From positions 413,912,001-413,976,000 of the forward strand of contig OZ024740.1 of the NCBI GenBank assembly GCA_964016885.1: a DNA stretch of 64,000 bases, read 5' to 3'. The notes under the pieces were generated by a model, which saw only the letters and a list, made by a program, of their open reading frames with translations, made no database searches and was not told where the DNA came from. Source of the stretch: Eledone cirrhosa. Taxonomy: Eukaryota. A program made the translations under genes and the position numbers. Positions 1 to 14,099 of the stretch are shown in pieces; positions within the stretch are counted from its first letter, which is position 1, and each line of letters starts with the position of its first letter.

Positions 1-169
1 TCTCCTTCCACTGCATTATCTGAGATTTTTGTAAAAAAAACCTAAACCAGTGAATGCTCCTCTGAGCACCATAAAAGTCAGTTTCGGTCTTGAAATTCGG
101 AGAGTATTCACGGTTAGTTTAAATTTCTTTTTTCCCACTCGCCATATTCAGACAATGCGACACTATTTG

Positions 170-338
170 CATATATATATATATATTTATACACACTGTC
201 TGAAGAACCTCGTGGTATTATGCTTTCGTCAACCTATTAATATTATATACATATATATATGTGTGTGTGTGTGTTTATGTGTGTGTGTGTGTGATTTTGT
301 TTGTGTGTGTATTTGTACAGAGGCAAGCAGATAAATAG

Positions 339-369
<31 letters not shown>

Positions 370-466
370 GATAGATAGAGAGAGAGATAAATAGGCATAT
401 ATATATATATAAGAGATAGAGAGAGCGAGGGAGAGAGAGAGAGCGAGGTAGAGGGAGAGAGAGAGG

Positions 467-533
<67 letters not shown>
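170..533. repeat. Compound microsatellite (TA)n/(TG)n/(GATA)n/(GA)n
   Basis: Direct reading. The overlapping ORFs are low-complexity artefacts. Confidence 0.95.
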
Positions 534-538
<5 letters not shown>

Positions 539-2689
539 TTATATGCATAGTGTGTGCATTTTTGCATTTGTTATCTTTACGTATTTTAGAATTAGACAGT
601 CTCTGGCAATGGAAGTTGAGTTATTTAAGAATAACGAAAACTTCCTTCTAGCATATCAATATCCAACTTACATTCACCCCTACTTCCAAACTAACTATTC
701 TTCATTTCCATTTCTCCAAATTTCCATGTTCCCCCTCACCGCCCAAACATTTTACACTCGCTTTCTCTTTTCTCAAGCATTAAATGAAACCATATTCTGA
801 GTGAAAAACACAAAATATATTTTAATTGGTTTGCAATAAATTTTCTTTCAATGTCGAGTTGTAAATTCTACTTTTGCTTCTTGCCACGGTTTTTCTTTGC
901 TTCAGACAATCCACGTAATTGGTGTTTAGAGTAATTCGGTACACTTTATCATGATAAACTGGAGCTGAAGATTGTGCCAATGATTTCTAACCATGCTTCG
1001 TTTTGTGATAGTCATTAATGTAAATGAGAAATATTTATGAGATATTTGTGCTTCTACTTATTTACTCATTTATTTCTTTGTTTTCTTTATATTATTCGAT
1101 CTCGACTCTTTAAAACACCAAACTACATATAAGTGGCGCTGAATTCATAGAAACTGTCAGTGGCTCTTTTCTCGCCTAAAGTGCTGTCATATAGGAAAAG
1201 TAGAATGAGTTCTTATGCTCATTCCCCGTACTATTTTCCAGCTATTGTACACCACTATAGCAGAAAATAGTACCATGCTATTAATAGGATGCCAACTTTC
1301 AACTTTGTTTTAAACAGTATACTATATATATGCTAGCTGGCACAGAAACCAAACGTTGCTACATTCTGAATTCACTGCAAAAGTTAGTTTTTTCACCAAC
1401 TGATCGACGTATAGACATTTGAAATCCCCTTGATTTATTTCTCTCATCAAAACCCAGTTTTCTTCATTCTATCACTGCCTTTGCGCCCTTGGGATTGTCC
1501 GGGGATTCAGCGCAGATGTACATACAGTAAACGCTCTACAGACTCTGAAACATATGGTATGTCATGTAAGCTTGCTAATCAACGTTCTGCCAGTTTTTTA
1601 GGTTAAATATCCAATGAAACAAATGATATTTGTCTCCGATTCTCCCCGCGAGACAGCTAATTTGTAAGCTGGGACAATTGTTTATGCTATTTCTTTACAA
1701 TCAGAACGTGAAAGACGATGGTCATTCCAAAAGAAGTTCAAATGGTGAATTCAGATAGCGATTTTTCACTCTGTATAACAATCCGAACTCAGGCATCATT
1801 AACATGCAGCTTAGTCACTTCATGCCAAATCAGCGATAGCTTCAGAGAGAGACATCTCAAAAATATTCTTCAGTAGGAATATGGCAATATTTCCTCTTTT
1901 AAAGTACATATAGAAAATTATGACTCTTATCACGATTAAAATATTGTATGCCACACTATCGAATTTTCGACAATTTGCACTAAACGTCCTCAAAGTATCT
2001 ACAAATTGTGATTTTCAGAAGCTCGTTTCGATTTATTTTTTGTTGGTGAGGTAGGGACATCATATATAACAAATTATGTTTGTGTGGCGGAACATAATTG
2101 TAACCCAAAGACTAATCTTCTTCTGCTGGCTCTCTACAAAACAAACGGCACTAATATTGCACACATAAGCAGCCTGGACTGCATCTACATTGCACTAATC
2201 ATTAGATAAGTGTTACAACATAATATCAACCTCTGGCCGTGAGATGAGCTGTCACATACCTCTACAATGGTTTATACTCTTCTGAAATAGCTAATTACCT
2301 AGCAACCCATGTTCCCACCACTATTCCTAATCTCTCGTTAACAGAACATCTAATATTTGGAATATACTTCTCATACACGGTTTTGCAGCAACAATACTAA
2401 TCTTGACAGTTTCGGGTATCCTATGAAGGTTATATTGACCCCAGTACTTTAATAATACTTTATTTTATCCACCTCGAAAGGAAAAAAAGCTAAATTAATC
2501 TCTGTGGGATTTAAAATCAGAGTGTAAAAAGCCAGAACAAATAATTGTTTCTACTATAAATATTAATGTAGGCAGACATTGAATTGAAATATAAATAGGT
2601 GTGCTAAGAAACCCCAGACAAGTGTTTGCTTATTCGCTTCCATAGTTTCCTTCAGCGTTCCCTGTACGGCTTTATATATGGGGATTAAT

Positions 2690-2865
2690 AATAATTGTTT
2701 CTACTTTTGGCACAAGGCCAGCAATTATCCCAGTGCATTACTGGTACTTTATTTTATCGACCCCGTAAGAATGAAAGGCAAAGTTAACCTCGGTGAGATT
2801 TGAACTCAGACCATAAAGGGGCATAACTCTATGTTGGAAAGCATGGCGTCCGACCCTCTACCAAT
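2690..2865 (-). mobile_element. tRNA-derived SINE, family A (Meta-like central domain)
   Basis: Reverse complement carries B-box GAGTTCAAATC and the core ...CTTTGCCTTTCATxCTTACGGGGTCGATAAAATAAAGTACCAG. More than 10 copies in the window. Confidence 0.85.
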
Positions 2866-3719
2866 CTAATGCTGAATAATTGTCCGATGATCGAAGGACT
2901 CAGCCAATACACTGTCATACTAAAAATCACCTTCAGTATTATTCTTCCTTGCTAAAAATATATATAATACAAATCAGACAGCTAATAGTCTTACGTTCGA
3001 ATCTTAATTTCAGATAGCATCTACACTTGAAAAACTTAAGACATATAACGAGGGATTTAAATATGCGTTGCATTTGAGTAGCTACGAACTCAATGTAATG
3101 TGGTGAAATGATATAAATCATAACTCTTGGCTTAAAGGAGGCCAGAGCTTTGGTAGAAACCTAAGAACATTTAGCTCCATATTGAATGTTATTTTATTTT
3201 TCTGGACATTTCTAGTTGAAATCCTGCCGCCAATAAATTTTGCAATTCATCCTTTCAGGGTTTTAAAAATAGAGTAACATTCAAAGACTGACATAGTGTT
3301 AATCGATCATATTCCTCACCTCAAAATATGTAATGATATAATGGTTGGTATTAATATTTGCTGACTTTTACTAAATGAAAAGCAATGAGGGACTTGGTGA
3401 CATTTAAGCCTAAAACATGAAAAGACATAACTAAATACCGAACAATATTTAGTTCGGCACCTTTTCTAATATGTTCTATAACATTGATAATATAGAAAGA
3501 GGCGATATCATTTGATTATCAGCTATTTCTGTATTCAAATCATAATGTATGTTTGTCAAAAGGCGATGAATATGCTATAAGCATTAAATACGCTTTCATG
3601 TGGTTCGTATTACTTTATGCTGTTGAAAATTGCGAGATCTCTCAGAGCGTCAGTACAATGATCAGAGAATTCCGTAACACCTTTACGTATAGAGGGACTA
3701 GTGAAAAACTGGCATTATT

Positions 3720-4127
3720 ATAGTTGATTGGTAGTATCGGTAGAGGGTCGGGCACCATGCTTTGCAGCATAGAGTTACGGTCCTTTACGGTCTGAGTTCA
3801 AATCCCGCCGAGGTTAACTTTGCCTTTCATCCTTACGGGTCGATAAAATAAAGCACCAGTAACGTACTGGGTCGAGTTAATCGACTTTCCCCTCCCCACA
3901 AATTACTGGCCTTGTGCCTTTACTAGAAATCATTATTATAGTGGATTGGCAGTATCGGTAGAGAGTCGGACACCATGCTTTGTTGCATAGAGTTACGGCT
4001 GTTGCCATTCTGAGTTCAAATGCCGCCGAGATTAACTTTGCCTTTCATCCTTACGGGGTCGATAAAATAAGTACCAGCTATGCACTGGGTAATTGCTGGC
4101 CCCGTGCCAAAAGTAGAAACAATTATT
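3720..4127 (+). mobile_element. Head-to-tail dimer of SINE family A
   Basis: Two copies (~3720-3935, ~3940-4127), each with A-box-like TGG(C/T)AGTATCGG, B-box GAGTTCAAAT, the central domain and an ATT tail. Confidence 0.9.
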
Positions 4128-4520
4128 ATACCATTTTAACGATTAAACCGTTTTTTGCATATCAACAGAGAGAGTTAAACTGTATTTCTAACTAACAAAT
4201 CATCATTTTTTTAATATAGTAATTAGTTCAAGTGGTGAGGTGGTCTTAAGCTGCGTTAACAGTTTTTCTACTTGGATGGACTGGGTCAGTTGAACCTCAA
4301 TGATAAAAAACAGAGTAGATAAACAATCTGGGATGTTTACATGCATACATATTAAAAATGTGTATATTTATATAAACATTGGTGCAGTCTCGGTTACCTA
4401 CTATGAATGTATGCAGATAAAACTTTATCGCACACTTCGGCTGCTAGCGCACCCCCCCCCCCCCCCTCCCTCTCTCTGCCCCCCCCCCCACTCTCTTTCT
4501 TTATATATATATTTATATAT

Positions 4521-4600
<80 letters not shown>

Positions 4601-4606
4601 GAAATG

Positions 4607-4852
<246 letters not shown>

Positions 4853-4887
4853 CAAAATAAGAAGCTGAGGTTACATATATCGTTTAA

Positions 4888-4975
4888 TCATTATAATTAT
4901 TTCCACGGTTCTCCATACAATCTAGATGTCCTTGTTGCATTTTCTGTTGATTCTGAGAACGGTATCCTCAGATGA
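4888..4975 (-). ncRNA. Type I hammerhead ribozyme with extended (61 nt) stem II
   Basis: tcat-CTGAGGA-taccgttctc...gagaaccgtg-GAAA-T-AATT-ATA-atga. Stem I 4 bp, stem II 9/10 bp, palindromic stem III loop. Confidence 0.8.
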
Positions 4976-6504
4976 GATAACCGATATTTTTGATATGTCA
5001 CTGGCAGGAAAAGACACACGTCCTATTGCTTGCGTGCCCAGCAGACATATGAGTTCCTTGAAGGGTTTGCCAGCCGTCGTGTTTGCTAGAAAAAGCTATC
5101 AACGAAAAAAAATGAAAAGAACGAAAAGCTGTGTGTAGCCAAAGCCCAGTAGACAGTAGAAGCAATAAATGGCGCTCTGAGGGAGGAAGGGTGGGGTACA
5201 TATTTTCTTGACAATGACCTATAGACAACAACTACTACAACAACAACAACAACAATAACGACAACGACAGCAACAATAACAGCAAACCGCCGACCAATAT
5301 TGTCCACACTGGCCGCAATAGTCGTAGTGATATTACCACTTTACTGACAACACCAACTAAAGCAACAGCTACAGTAAACACTTACAACAACAACAGCAAC
5401 AACGACAACAACAGCAAAACCACAGACCAGCGTCGTGTACACAGGCCGTAGCAGTCGTAGTGACGGTATCACCGTGTCGACAATAACAACGATAACGCCA
5501 AAGCTATAAACAGGAGTTCAGAGTTAGGTTGGTACACAGAGTTGGTGGTATGAATCACCGTGACCATACATAGTAACAACACCAATAGTAACGTCAACAA
5601 ACAGTAACACCACCCATTATCCACCCCGTTCGTCGTAGTAGTGGTGGTATCATTTATATTAGTATCAAGCCAATGACAGAGAGCACCCATTACTCGGGAG
5701 CCAGACAATGGTAACACCAGTAACAATAACAACAACAATAGCAGTGATGATCCCACCACAGTGACGGCAGCAACAGGAAAAGGCGACGCTTCCATGAAAA
5801 ATAAACTAACGTTGAAACAACGAAGCGAAAATAGGATAGAAATATAGATGGGTTTTTATATATATAAATAATTACATGCACAGTTAATACAGTCCTCTCT
5901 ATCATTCTAAGGCACAAGGCTAGTAATAATTACAGTGCAGATAAATAGTTAACCACAATAGCATTTAGCTTTAACTACAGTGGCAACAATACTATTAAAA
6001 GAGCTGTTAGACTATAGAAGAGAGTTACGGGATGCGAAAGTAGGGACAGGAACAAGCGGATAAGAAATCGAGAACACATATAGAGAACATAATAATAAAA
6101 GAACGGGACAAAAATAAATAAAAAAACAACAGTAGGTATATAAACAGAGAATAAGTAACAAGGGACATGAAACACGTACAACAGAGACTCCAGGTGTGCA
6201 AACAAGATATCCATGGTTCGCTTGACTCTGGAGTTGTTGTGTGACCACGCCCAGCTCCCACGTCAAGTTTGCTATAGTCCTCAACTAGTACAACTATGTT
6301 GTTAGTCCGCACAGTTTTACGAAGGTTCCAGATGTTCTGTGGAGGCAGATGCTGAAGAGGTTACTCCTTTTATTGATAACTCGAGTTCACCTCTCGATTA
6401 TTTCCATAATCTCGGTGACACACAAATCGCATGAGTCATGTCCACCCCCTCTGTAGTGTTGGGCTGAGGCTACCTTGGACCACGACAAGGTGTATTCTAC
6501 GTTA

Positions 6505-6842
6505 TGTTTGAGACGCCACACCATTTCTGAGAGCGCGGTACTGTATTTCTTATCAATTCTCCTAAAGGTGTGGCTGTGATTGCACCATTGTTCCTTAAAT
6601 TTATTAGCTGTGGCTGCGATATGGGTGAAGGTTTGGTTGTTGGCATTCACCCTACATTCATATACTGAGCCCCTGTTTGAGACGCCACACTATTTCTGAG
6701 AGGGCGGTGCTGTATTTCTTATCAACTCTCCTAAAGGTGTGGCTGTGATTGTACCAGCGTTCCTTAAATTTATTAGCTGTGGCTCCGATATAGGGTGAAG
6801 GTTTGGTTGTTGGCATTCACCCTACATTCATATCCTAAGCCA
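6505..6842. repeat. ~169 bp tandem duplication within the GIY-YIG region of PLE A
   Basis: tgtttgagacgccacac recurs at 6505 and 6674 with near-identical downstream sequence. Confidence 0.9.
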
Positions 6843-7550
6843 GTGCAAAGGCAACTTTCCTCAAGGGGGCAGTTACTGGGGTTTCTACAATTACAACCCG
6901 GAGGGGTGTTGTCGCCCGGAGCTCCGGATCGCGTTGTATGATTCCCCGGTCTTTCACGGTTTAAGATATTACCAACAGAGGAAGAGGTATTTGTATGGTA
7001 CGTCTCATCACAGTTGCCGTTTCCCTGGAGTTGCGGACGTTTTTTAATCTACTGCGGTTTAAGGCTTCTATATTTTGCGCTAGGTTTCTAATTGTGGAGT
7101 AGCACAATTTAATAGTGTGCCTGTTGAAAATGACGTGGTACCGGTGTTGCTTATCCAAAACCCTGAAGAAAGAGGCATTTACGTACTTGAGGCACTCGTT
7201 CAGCTTGTGGAATGGGTAGTAGAAGCCGGATTTTAGATTGAGGGTAACATCCAGGAAGTTGACTATCTTTCTATTATTTTCTATGTCAATGCTGCGGCCT
7301 AGGTTTTTGAAAAATCTAATTAAGCTCTTTCTAGTCCAGAGCTCACCGTCGAAACCTATCGCTGTTTTCCTGGTAGTATGAATGATGTTAATTTCCTCCC
7401 GGGTTAAATCTGTATGTCTGCGTGCAAACATATATATATATCCACAATACGGAGTACTCACAACCTCTAACTGGATTACCTATAACGATAACATGTTATC
7501 CTATATATATATGAGGTGGAGCGTTTGTGAAACCCTCCATCTCAATTCTA

Positions 7551-7586
7551 CTTTTGAAAAGCATAAGAACTGTGAAACCGGTAAAG
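7551..7586 (+). ncRNA. Minimal hammerhead, U3-A8 core variant
   Basis: ctt-TTGAAAA-gca taagaac tgt-GAAA-C-CG-GTA-aag. ACCGGT palindrome in stem III. Confidence 0.55.
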
Positions 7587-7837
7587 GAAACAAATAAATA
7601 TTCTTCAAAAGACTCCAGTTGCATTTTCGATTTCATCATTTTTCCTTATACTTTCACTCGTGTAGGTCATCTCGTTTTTTTTTTTCATTTCGGGAAAAAA
7701 AACTCATTTTCTTATATATATATAATAATAGTAATTTTATTTATACTTATATATACACTATATATAATTATAAACAGCAAAGGTCAGTGATTACCTACAC
7801 ATCTAATTTTACCAGCAGAAAATGAAAACTACTTTAT

Positions 7838-7926
<89 letters not shown>

Positions 7927-7958
7927 CAGAATAATCAAACTATGTTCAAAACATTTTA

Positions 7959-8040
7959 TTGCTGACAATTGTTTCTTCATGCATATTTGAACATTACAGG
8001 AACAATTATCACACCACATCCACCATAAACTTCAGAGAAA
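7959..8040 (-). ncRNA. Hammerhead-like motif with extended stem II (partly decayed)
   Basis: tttct-CTGAAGT-ttatg...catgaa-GAAAC-AATT-GTC-agcaa. A9 position is T. Confidence 0.5.
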
Positions 8041-8380
8041 CTGTTTTTCATACACAAGCATCTCTGTCTGCTTAATATGCTTTTATACCTGTATTGTATT
8101 ATGTGATACCTTTGCCATACTGTGATATATATGCTTAGTACCATTGCTTGTTTCTTACCGGGTTATTCTGTACATGGCTAACCCATCTGCACTCTTTCTA
8201 TACGCTTGCATATGTACTGTTAATGTCCTCGTTTTGTGAGTAATTTTCTTCTTTAATTCCTCTATAATTGTTGTATTATTCTTTTATAATCTTTGTCGCA
8301 TCCACTGATACTGACCACATCATCTTCAATCTTTACGAATGTTCTGTGGAATAGGAGGTTAATTATATGTCTAAACTTTG

Positions 8381-8432
8381 CTAGTCCGCTGATGAATCCA
8401 AACGAAAGTTTGGAAGAAACGATTGTCAGCAA
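8381..8432 (+). ncRNA. Hammerhead motif with GAAA-tetraloop stem II
   Basis: CTGATGA-a-tccaaac GAAA gtttgga-a-GAAAC-GATT-GTC-agcaa. Stem I is imperfect. The downstream sequence is an inverted copy of 7925-7977. Confidence 0.6.
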
Positions 8433-8699
8433 TAAAATGATTTGAACATAGTTTTGATTATTCTGAAACTTAATTTATATATATATATATATATATATAT
8501 ACATACATATATATAGGATAAAGTAGTTTTCCTTTTCTGCTGGTAAAATTATATGTGTAGAATGATTATGCAACAGTTAATGAAGTGCCAACATACCAGA
8601 TAGATCGCTCAGAATGTATAATTGAATTCAGCGAGATAATATTCCAGGTGTTAATCCATGGATATTTTTTTATTGAGTTTCTATTAACTCCCGGAGTAG

Positions 8700-9925
8700 G
8701 TTTAAGTAATCTATTAGAAAAGGCAAACAAGGCGTAATTAGAAATATATATATTAAATTATACATTTTTACACTTGTTTCATTATAGTGTTTGGTCATTG
8801 TGCACGGGGATGTTGGGAAATATGAAATGTTCTATCATTCGCGCAATACCTTACACAGTACAACATTTCCTCAGAAAATGAATAATTTCTAGAGATTTTG
8901 ATAGTGGCAAAAGTAAAGAGGGGGGTTCTTAAGTTGACCAATGAATATCCAATAGTCTCTGTTTCTTCATAAATGGAATTTGTCATTGCTTGAGAAACAA
9001 TTATCTGTAGACTAAAGGGATAGTGTAAACTGGGAATGATTAATGTAAGAGAATAGATAGGCAATAAATTCATTTAGTGTTAGTCATATCAACCTGACCA
9101 TTACAGATAAGGGTGAAAATATTGGAGAGGCTAAGGTTAAGCGAATATACAGGCAATAAATTCTGTTAGTATTAGTGTTGCCAGTTTGACAGTTGTAGAT
9201 AAGGGCGAATTAAAGAACAAATATTTGGCGTCTCAAGTCTATGTGATAAAACTTGACTATGTAAAGTAGGTAGGCTTGCTAAAGATTGAGATCGGTGTCG
9301 AGTTGTAGGTTCTAATCCTGGGTTAGCTAGGGTTGTAATTAGAAAATGTTTTCAGGTACTTGCGTTTACAGTTGAATATCTTGTCTTGAATTTAGTAATT
9401 TCATTCTTGTTAAGATTTCTAGTACTTCTATCGCACAAGATCACTATTCCTTCATTCACACCTGTAGTTGTGGATGAGTCATAGAATGGGCCACGATAGA
9501 TCAAACTTTATTTTCTTATGTTATAATTTCCATATTTTCCTAGCTAAAGCGGTAGAAGTTCGGAGTTCCCGATTTTTAAACGAATGGGTATCTACATACC
9601 ATATTTTCTTTAAAGTTGGATGTGGACCCAACATATCTGAACAATTCATGGTTTGTTGTAACTTGACACTGGTACACTATGTTGTTTGGAAGCAATCGGG
9701 TTTTCTACTGGTAAAATGTTTTTTTCTTTCAAGAATTGACGATTTAGGGATGAAATAGGAAGGGTCCTATATTCTTGTTATTTTGGCGTTCTACAGCAGG
9801 CTTAGATGAGGATTGAACTGTGTTATTATGTTTTCGAAGGCTCTTATTATTTAGACCAGCTATATAACTTTCTAGGTTCATTGCTGTTGAGTATGATGGT
9901 CTGATTTTATTCCTATTTAATATAT
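8700..9925 (-). mobile_element. Highly decayed Penelope-like element B (linker/GIY-YIG remnant plus 3' region)
   Basis: NRNKIRPSYSTAMNL motif in ORF 9744-10031; STALARKIWK and LSW remnants at ~9480-9560; HHR near the 3' end; TA at the 5' junction. Confidence 0.7.
8764..8879 (-). ncRNA. Type I hammerhead with extended (87 nt) stem II
   Basis: atttt-CTGAGGA-aatgttgt...actataat-GAAAC-AAGT-GTA-aaaat. Stem I is a perfect 5 bp; the base of stem II is imperfect. Confidence 0.65.
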
Positions 9926-9939
9926 ATATATATAGTATA

Positions 9940-10095
9940 AGTATCAACAGTCGAAACGGTGTCCGACCGAGGAAACAATGTTTCCGTTGGTCTTTCCAAA
10001 TGCTAATACTCTCTATCGGTCGCAACTCCAAGTAGAAGGAGTAACATGAAAGAAAGTGTCTTGCTCAAGGACATAACAACCTCACGATTGCGAAT
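9940..10095 (-). mobile_element. SINE family B (tRNA head + CORE-like domain), partial
   Basis: Reverse complement matches 38984-39200 and 40831-41056 (TGTCCTTGAGCAAGACAC; AAACATTGTTTCCTCGGTC). Confidence 0.75.
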
Positions 10096-10744
10096 AATGA
10101 AAAAATCATGGTGTATTTATAGACATTGGATTTTAAAAACAAAAATATAATCTATATGAAAGTGAGGCTGGAAAAGGAATAAGGAAAGGAAAAATAAACA
10201 CACATGCACACACACACACACACACACAATTACATACACACACATATATACATACACATATATACACACACATACATACACACACACACACATATATATG
10301 TCTATATATATATACATACACATACATACATACATACATACACACATATATATCAACATATCCATACATACACATACACACAAATACACAAACACGCACA
10401 CACACACACATGCATATATATATATATTTATACATATATATACATACATATACACAATCATACATATATACACACGTACATACACACATACATACACACA
10501 TATATATACATACATATACACAAACACATACACACACACACATATATATATAAAAGAAAATATTATATATATATAAAAATGAAAAGTTGGGAATCCGACA
10601 AATAATAAATAAATAAATAATTAGAAAAGGGTATAAATGTTTATAGCTGATTTAGAGCACTCAACAAGTTCATGGAGCAAATGATCAATGAGAATAAGCA
10701 TTAAATCACTGTATGTAAAAATGCATATACATACACACATACAT

Positions 10745-10813
<69 letters not shown>

Positions 10814-11059
10814 ACACAACCATACAAATACACACACACGGCAGAGCTCAAGGCGTTTCTGAGGCTATTATATATATATATACACACAAAAACAATTATA
10901 TAAAAATACACACACACAAATATACACACTCACACACACACACATTATATACATATATATATATATATATGGTGGCTGCCAACTCGCTTTCGAGTACGGC
11001 CACTACTTTATATCCATGTAGGAGAACCCCTACCGATGCGCTGAACGAGTGTGACTTTT

Positions 11060-11103
11060 TAGTGGTTTAACTAGTTTAAAACTGGTTCAATCCTGATATA
11101 TAT

Positions 11104-11183
<80 letters not shown>

Positions 11184-11300
11184 ATATATATGTATATATA
11201 TATATGTATAGGATTTCTACCTTACCTTCGTCTTTATTAAAAATGTCTAAAGACGAAGATAAGGTAGAAATCCTATACATATATATATATACATATATAT

Positions 11301-11376
<76 letters not shown>

Positions 11377-11420
11377 ATATATATCAGGATTGAACCAGTT
11401 TTAAACTAGTTAAACCACTA
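11060..11420. repeat. ~360 bp palindrome that includes interrupted (TA)n tracts
   Basis: tagtggtttaactagtttaaaactggttcaatcctgat pairs with atcaggattgaaccagttttaaactagttaaaccacta. Inner arms taggatttctacctta..cttcgtcttta / taaagacgaag..taaggtagaaatccta. Confidence 0.9.
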
Positions 11421-11805
11421 TTCAACAGAGTACTCGATACTTAGTATAGTAGAGTATGACTATATTAGAAAGATTCAGGGTTTGACGGCTGAGCTCTTGC
11501 CGTTTCAAGATATACATATAATGTCAGTGAAAACGACGCAAATGAAACGAGGGATATACACATGAAAGAAATGATAGACAATTGTAGAGTGTGAGAGGTT
11601 AAAACAACGTAAACAAGATAGAATGGGGATAAAATATTTGCTCACGCACAAAAGGTGTTTTCAATGAAAATATTTACGCCAACTGAAAATGAAATAAAAA
11701 CATCTGAATTGTTGATTCAAATGGAGAAAGCCTTCATCGGACTCAGTATTTCAAACTAACGACTCGCCAATCTTAAAATGTAACTACGAGTTCTAGTGGT
11801 TGCCT

Positions 11806-12176
11806 TTTACCCTTTAACATTTACATTACTCTATATTTACTGTTGTATTTTCTCAGTAAAGGCTTTACCGCACATAATATCTCACATAACATTTACATTA
11901 CTCTATTTTACTGTTGTATTTTCACAGTAAAGGCTTTACCTCACATAATATCTCACATAACATTTACATTACTCTATATTTACTGTTGTATTTTCACAGT
12001 AAAGGCTTTACCTCACATAATATCTCACATACTATTGGATCTATGAGATTTTGATATTATTTATTTTGAGAACAATACCTTAACATTAATATGAGTGGCC
12101 AATTATGGCTTCTTTGAACTAAAAGAGGTGAGAGAATTCTGGCCGGATATCACCGGTTCAAATTCTAAAGGGTTAA
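11806..12176. mobile_element. piggyBac-type (TTAA) MITE with an internal ~71 bp triplication
   Basis: TTTA-CCCTTTAACATTTA ... AAATTCTAAAGGG-TTAA. Reverse-orientation homologue of 47862-48092. Three tandem units at 11815-12030. Confidence 0.75.
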
Positions 12177-13349
12177 TCTGCGTTAACGTGATGGATTGGG
12201 TCAATTGAGTCTCCAGAGACAAGATGAGAAACTTAAATGACCAAATAGATTTACGATTCTCCGCCCATCTACCCACTTAAGAACATATGAATTCTTTTCT
12301 AATAGGTCTAAGTTACGATAAAAATTAGTGACTATACACCCGTCTGATGAAGAAAATAATAACCTCAAACGTGGACATGAGGTAGTCACCATTTTGCATG
12401 CCAAGGCTATTTGATTTTTAACACCAATAGTATTATTCCTGCAGCACAACAAAATATATTTTAAGCATATTCATTACCATTCTGTCTGATACATAGAGAT
12501 CTCCATTGTATCTTCTGTGAATGTCATTGACGTCATTCAATTCTGTTGTGCCGACTAAAAAGAAAACATACTTTTATTTCATGAAAATGTGAATGTTTAC
12601 AGAATGCAAGAAACATCATATCAAGCTATTTCTCAATTGCCATGGTAACAAACATATGAACTTCAAATCTTCCTATTCACACAATGCTATATATATGGTA
12701 AATTCTTCAACCTATAAATTTATCTAAAATGGCTATTTTTCTCCTTTATAAAATAAAAGATACGTTTGAAATATAATCATTTTTGTCACAATCCTGATAT
12801 GCTATAAGCTTTAAAATATAGAGGGATTAAAAGATAGTCCAAACGTATTCTTATTTCAACTGGATTACTCATGTGAGCGCCCACACGTATACATATGTTT
12901 CGTATTTGCATCAGTGAATGTTAATCATTAGCTATTTCGTCACGTATATTAAGATTCAGATTAATATAGTTTAAAATAAGACTATTTTGAGATTAATTGT
13001 ATTAAAGTAACTTTTAGAAAATGCGTATATTCGATCTCAAATCTAATATATTATTATATATGTATACACATAAATACATATATTGTTATATATTCGTATT
13101 TTCTGGGATGTTTCCCTGCCTACATATTAAATATATGTGTATTTATATAAACAATGGTGTAATCTCGGTTAGTTACAATGTATGTTTGCCGATATAACTT
13201 TATGGTACTGGTCGGCTGCTAGCGCACATCTTTTATATATATGTATATATACAACTATATATATGTAGGTGGTGCTATTAAGTTAGACATGGCCTGGGAC
13301 AAAACTAGCCGAAACCTATCAAAGTTATCAAAGTTACAGTTATATATAT

Positions 13350-13760
13350 ATATATATAGTGACGAAACATAAGTCAATTGCATGAACTCATAATCCTTTA
13401 TTTACTGCTATATATATTTTGATGATAGCCATTGAATGGCTATGACTTCATCAGGCAGTTAGTCAGTTCTTAGATATGTCAGCTCTGTGTTTATAGTGTT
13501 GATGGTATCAGAGCCTTGGGACATATGAGCTTGTTAGGGATAATTTAATGTTGTCAGCAGGAATAATCTTAATTCTCATTGGTCAGTTTGTAGATGCTTG
13601 TAGGGTTGGTATTTGACCTCAAAGAGGCAGGTGGTGTTGTAAAGTTCAAACCGTCAGGCAAGATGACAATAGTTCCATATGACTGATTCTCACAAAAAGC
13701 ATCCCTGGTCAGATATATATTCAATTGAGGTTTATAGTATGAAATTTGATACTACAGGTC
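13350..13760 (-). mobile_element. pLTR-like fragment with decayed hammerhead (13404-13459)
   Basis: actgc-CTGATGA-agtcatagcc..ggctatcatc-AAAA-tatatata-gcagt (G12 lost). Homologous to the intact copy at 63568-63622. Confidence 0.6.
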
Positions 13761-13766
13761 ATTCTT

Positions 13767-14055
13767 AAATTGAGGAATTTGTGTGGGGTTGTACTACTGA
13801 AAATTATGGTTAGTGTAGAATACTAGAAAATTTACATATAAAAAGACTTATGTTGGTTGACTTGCACATACACCCACACCCACAGACACACACACACATC
13901 TATACATACAAATTGAGGAATTTATGTGGGGTGGTAATACTGAAAATTATAGTTAGAGTCAAATACTTAGAAAGTTTCCAAATAAAAAGACTTATGTTGG
14001 TTGACTTGTACATAAACTCACACCTACGCCCACAGACACACACATCTACACACAC
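13767..14055. repeat. ~143 bp tandem duplication
   Basis: aaattgaggaattt...aaaagacttatgttggttgacttg recurs at 13767 and 13910. Confidence 0.85.
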
Positions 14056-14099
14056 AAATCCATACAGGTGTGTGTATATATGTATGTAGGCACACCTGC

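Noticed and set aside
10117-10929. YI/CV/HT-repeat ORFs here and throughout the window (e.g. 26436, 32467, 33546, 40047)
   Set aside because: Dinucleotide microsatellite translations.
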